A DNA stretch of 64,000 bases from NCBI GenBank assembly GCA_038896555.1, contig JAWACZ010000003.1, positions 4,249 through 68,248 on the forward strand, given 5' to 3'. The stretch comes from Candidatus Caldarchaeum sp. Lineage in GTDB: Archaea; Thermoproteota; Nitrososphaeria_A; Caldarchaeales; Caldarchaeaceae. How positions within the stretch are numbered: position 1 is the first letter of the stretch; every line of letters starts with the position of its first letter. A program made the position numbers and the translations under genes. The notes beneath the pieces were generated by a model. The model was not told where the DNA came from and ran no database searches. It saw only the letters and a program-made list of their open reading frames with translations. Shown piece by piece: positions 63,057 to 64,000 of the stretch.

Positions 63057-64000
63057 GCCATGATTCAATATTGAGGAGAAAAGGGTTGCAGCAATTCATT
63101 AAAAGAATCATAGAATCGCGTATAGAGTCATTCGAGCCTATGTTTGATGCAGGTGGGTGCCGTTATCCGTTTGTGGAGGAGGTTTTGAACACCGACAGCG
63201 TTGACGCTTTCAACGTTTTGGAAGCCCTGGCAGGTTTAGGTGTTTTGGAGAAACAGCTGCTTGAATCAACGATGGCGTGTCCGGATTGCGGCAATGTGTA
63301 CTTTAGCGTGAAGCCAGTCTGCCCGACATGCAGCTCGAGCCGCATCCTCAGAGGAAACGTCATAGAACATCTATCATGTGGATACGTTGACTTCGAACAG
63401 CAGTATTACGATAAAGGGTTTGTATGTCCTAGGTGTGATAGAGAACTTAAGGCATTGGGTGTAGACTACAGACGTGCAGGCATTTTCTACAAATGCATTT
63501 CATGCGGCCGTGTAACCGCCCTGTCGATCAAAAGATATGTGTGCACCGGATGCATGAGGGCTCTTTCAGAGGATGAGCTAGTGTTGAAACCAGTTAACAG
63601 ATACGTTGTGGTCTATGATAAACTGTTAAAACTGTGCAGTGGCCTTGCAGACATTTCGCCAATCATCTCACACCTAGAATCCAAAAATTACATCTTTAAA
63701 ACACCTGCTCAGATAACAGGCTCCTCCGGGGTCAAGCATGAGTTTACGCTCTTCGTCACCAAGCGCGGCGCATCCCCCTCGTCAGGTGTTGTTATAGATG
63801 TTGTCGGTTGGGCTGAAGAATCTAAGGTTTACGAGCTTTTCACAAAAAGCTTCGACGTAAAAGCTGGTGCAACAATGTTGTTCGTATTAGGGAAGGTTGA
63901 TGAGAAAATAGTCAAGCTGGCCAAGACCTTTAACATAAGCGTTTTTGAAGGAGAGTCTGCTGAGGAATTGCTTGCGAAAGTGAGGCAGCCTTTGGGGGCT
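63053..64000 (+). CDS. Multi-zinc-ribbon protein, 3' end outside window (not in the ORF track)
   Basis: My own translation from the ATG at 63053 (ATGA overlap with the GTPase stop) is open to base 64000. It reads MSHDSILRRKGLQQFIK...VLEALAGLGVLEK (wH-like), CPDCG..CPTC, CPRC..CISCG, CTGC, then GSSGVKHEFTLFVTKRG...VIDVVGW.... Confidence 0.7.
   Translation, partial: MSHDSILRRKGLQQFIKRIIESRIESFEPMFDAGGCRYPFVEEVLNTDSVDAFNVLEALAGLGVLEKQLLESTMACPDCGNVYFSVKPVCPTCSSSRILRGNVIEHLSCGYVDFEQQYYDKGFVCPRCDRELKALGVDYRRAGIFYKCISCGRVTALSIKRYVCTGCMRALSEDELVLKPVNRYVVVYDKLLKLCSGLADISPIISHLESKNYIFKTPAQITGSSGVKHEFTLFVTKRGASPSSGVVIDVVGWAEESKVYELFTKSFDVKAGATMLFVLGKVDEKIVKLAKTFNISVFEGESAEELLAKVRQPLGA

Noticed and set aside
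1-64000. CRISPR arrays, rRNA genes, large tandem repeats
   Set aside because: I saw no regularly spaced direct repeats of 24-40 nt, and no rRNA-like or long tandem-repeat stretch in any intergenic region. All spacers longer than 150 nt were read individually. This was a visual scan only, not a computed repeat search.

Overview
Dense (roughly 90% coding) archaeal chromosomal segment with about 62 protein genes and two tRNAs. I saw no rRNA, CRISPR array or intact mobile element. Archaeal origin is supported by a thermosome, an HMf-type histone, Alba, archaeal-type adenylate kinase and TIM, CdvB/CdvC (ESCRT-III/Vps4) division genes, an intron-containing tRNA-Ser, and TATA-like boxes 27-33 nt upstream of several start codons (leaderless-type geometry). 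The gene mix suggests a TACK-type archaeon (Aigarchaeota/Thaumarchaeota-like), which is inference only. Most genes are housekeeping: the pstSCAB-phoU phosphate operon with a divergent AbrB-PhoU regulator, aroC, trmI, adkA, acyl-CoA dehydrogenase, an Lhr helicase, SufB/D, glyA, serS, acs, PGI/PMI, PMM, thiolase/DUF35, and NAD(P)HX repair genes. Items worth a second look: (1) a tightly overlapping three-gene operon encoding a short-armed SMC-like ABC ATPase, a kleisin-like protein and a tandem winged-helix (kite/ScpB-like) protein, transcribed divergently from cdvC; (2) a Cdv locus where the usual cdvA position upstream of cdvB holds a 4xCxxC zinc protein, while a zinc-ribbon protein with CdvA-like helical repeats lies 11 kb away; (3) a Rab/Ras-like small GTPase with an N-terminal zinc ribbon and an eroded G3 motif, translationally coupled (ATGA) to a multi-zinc-ribbon protein that runs off the window; (4) a HAD-PIN-PilT ATPase-KH fusion protein; (5) a matrixin-like surface protease with a B-repeat array; (6) an IS5-family transposase remnant flanking an orphan solute-binding protein and an isochorismatase. 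All calls come from reading motifs by eye in the supplied translations. No database search or computation was run.
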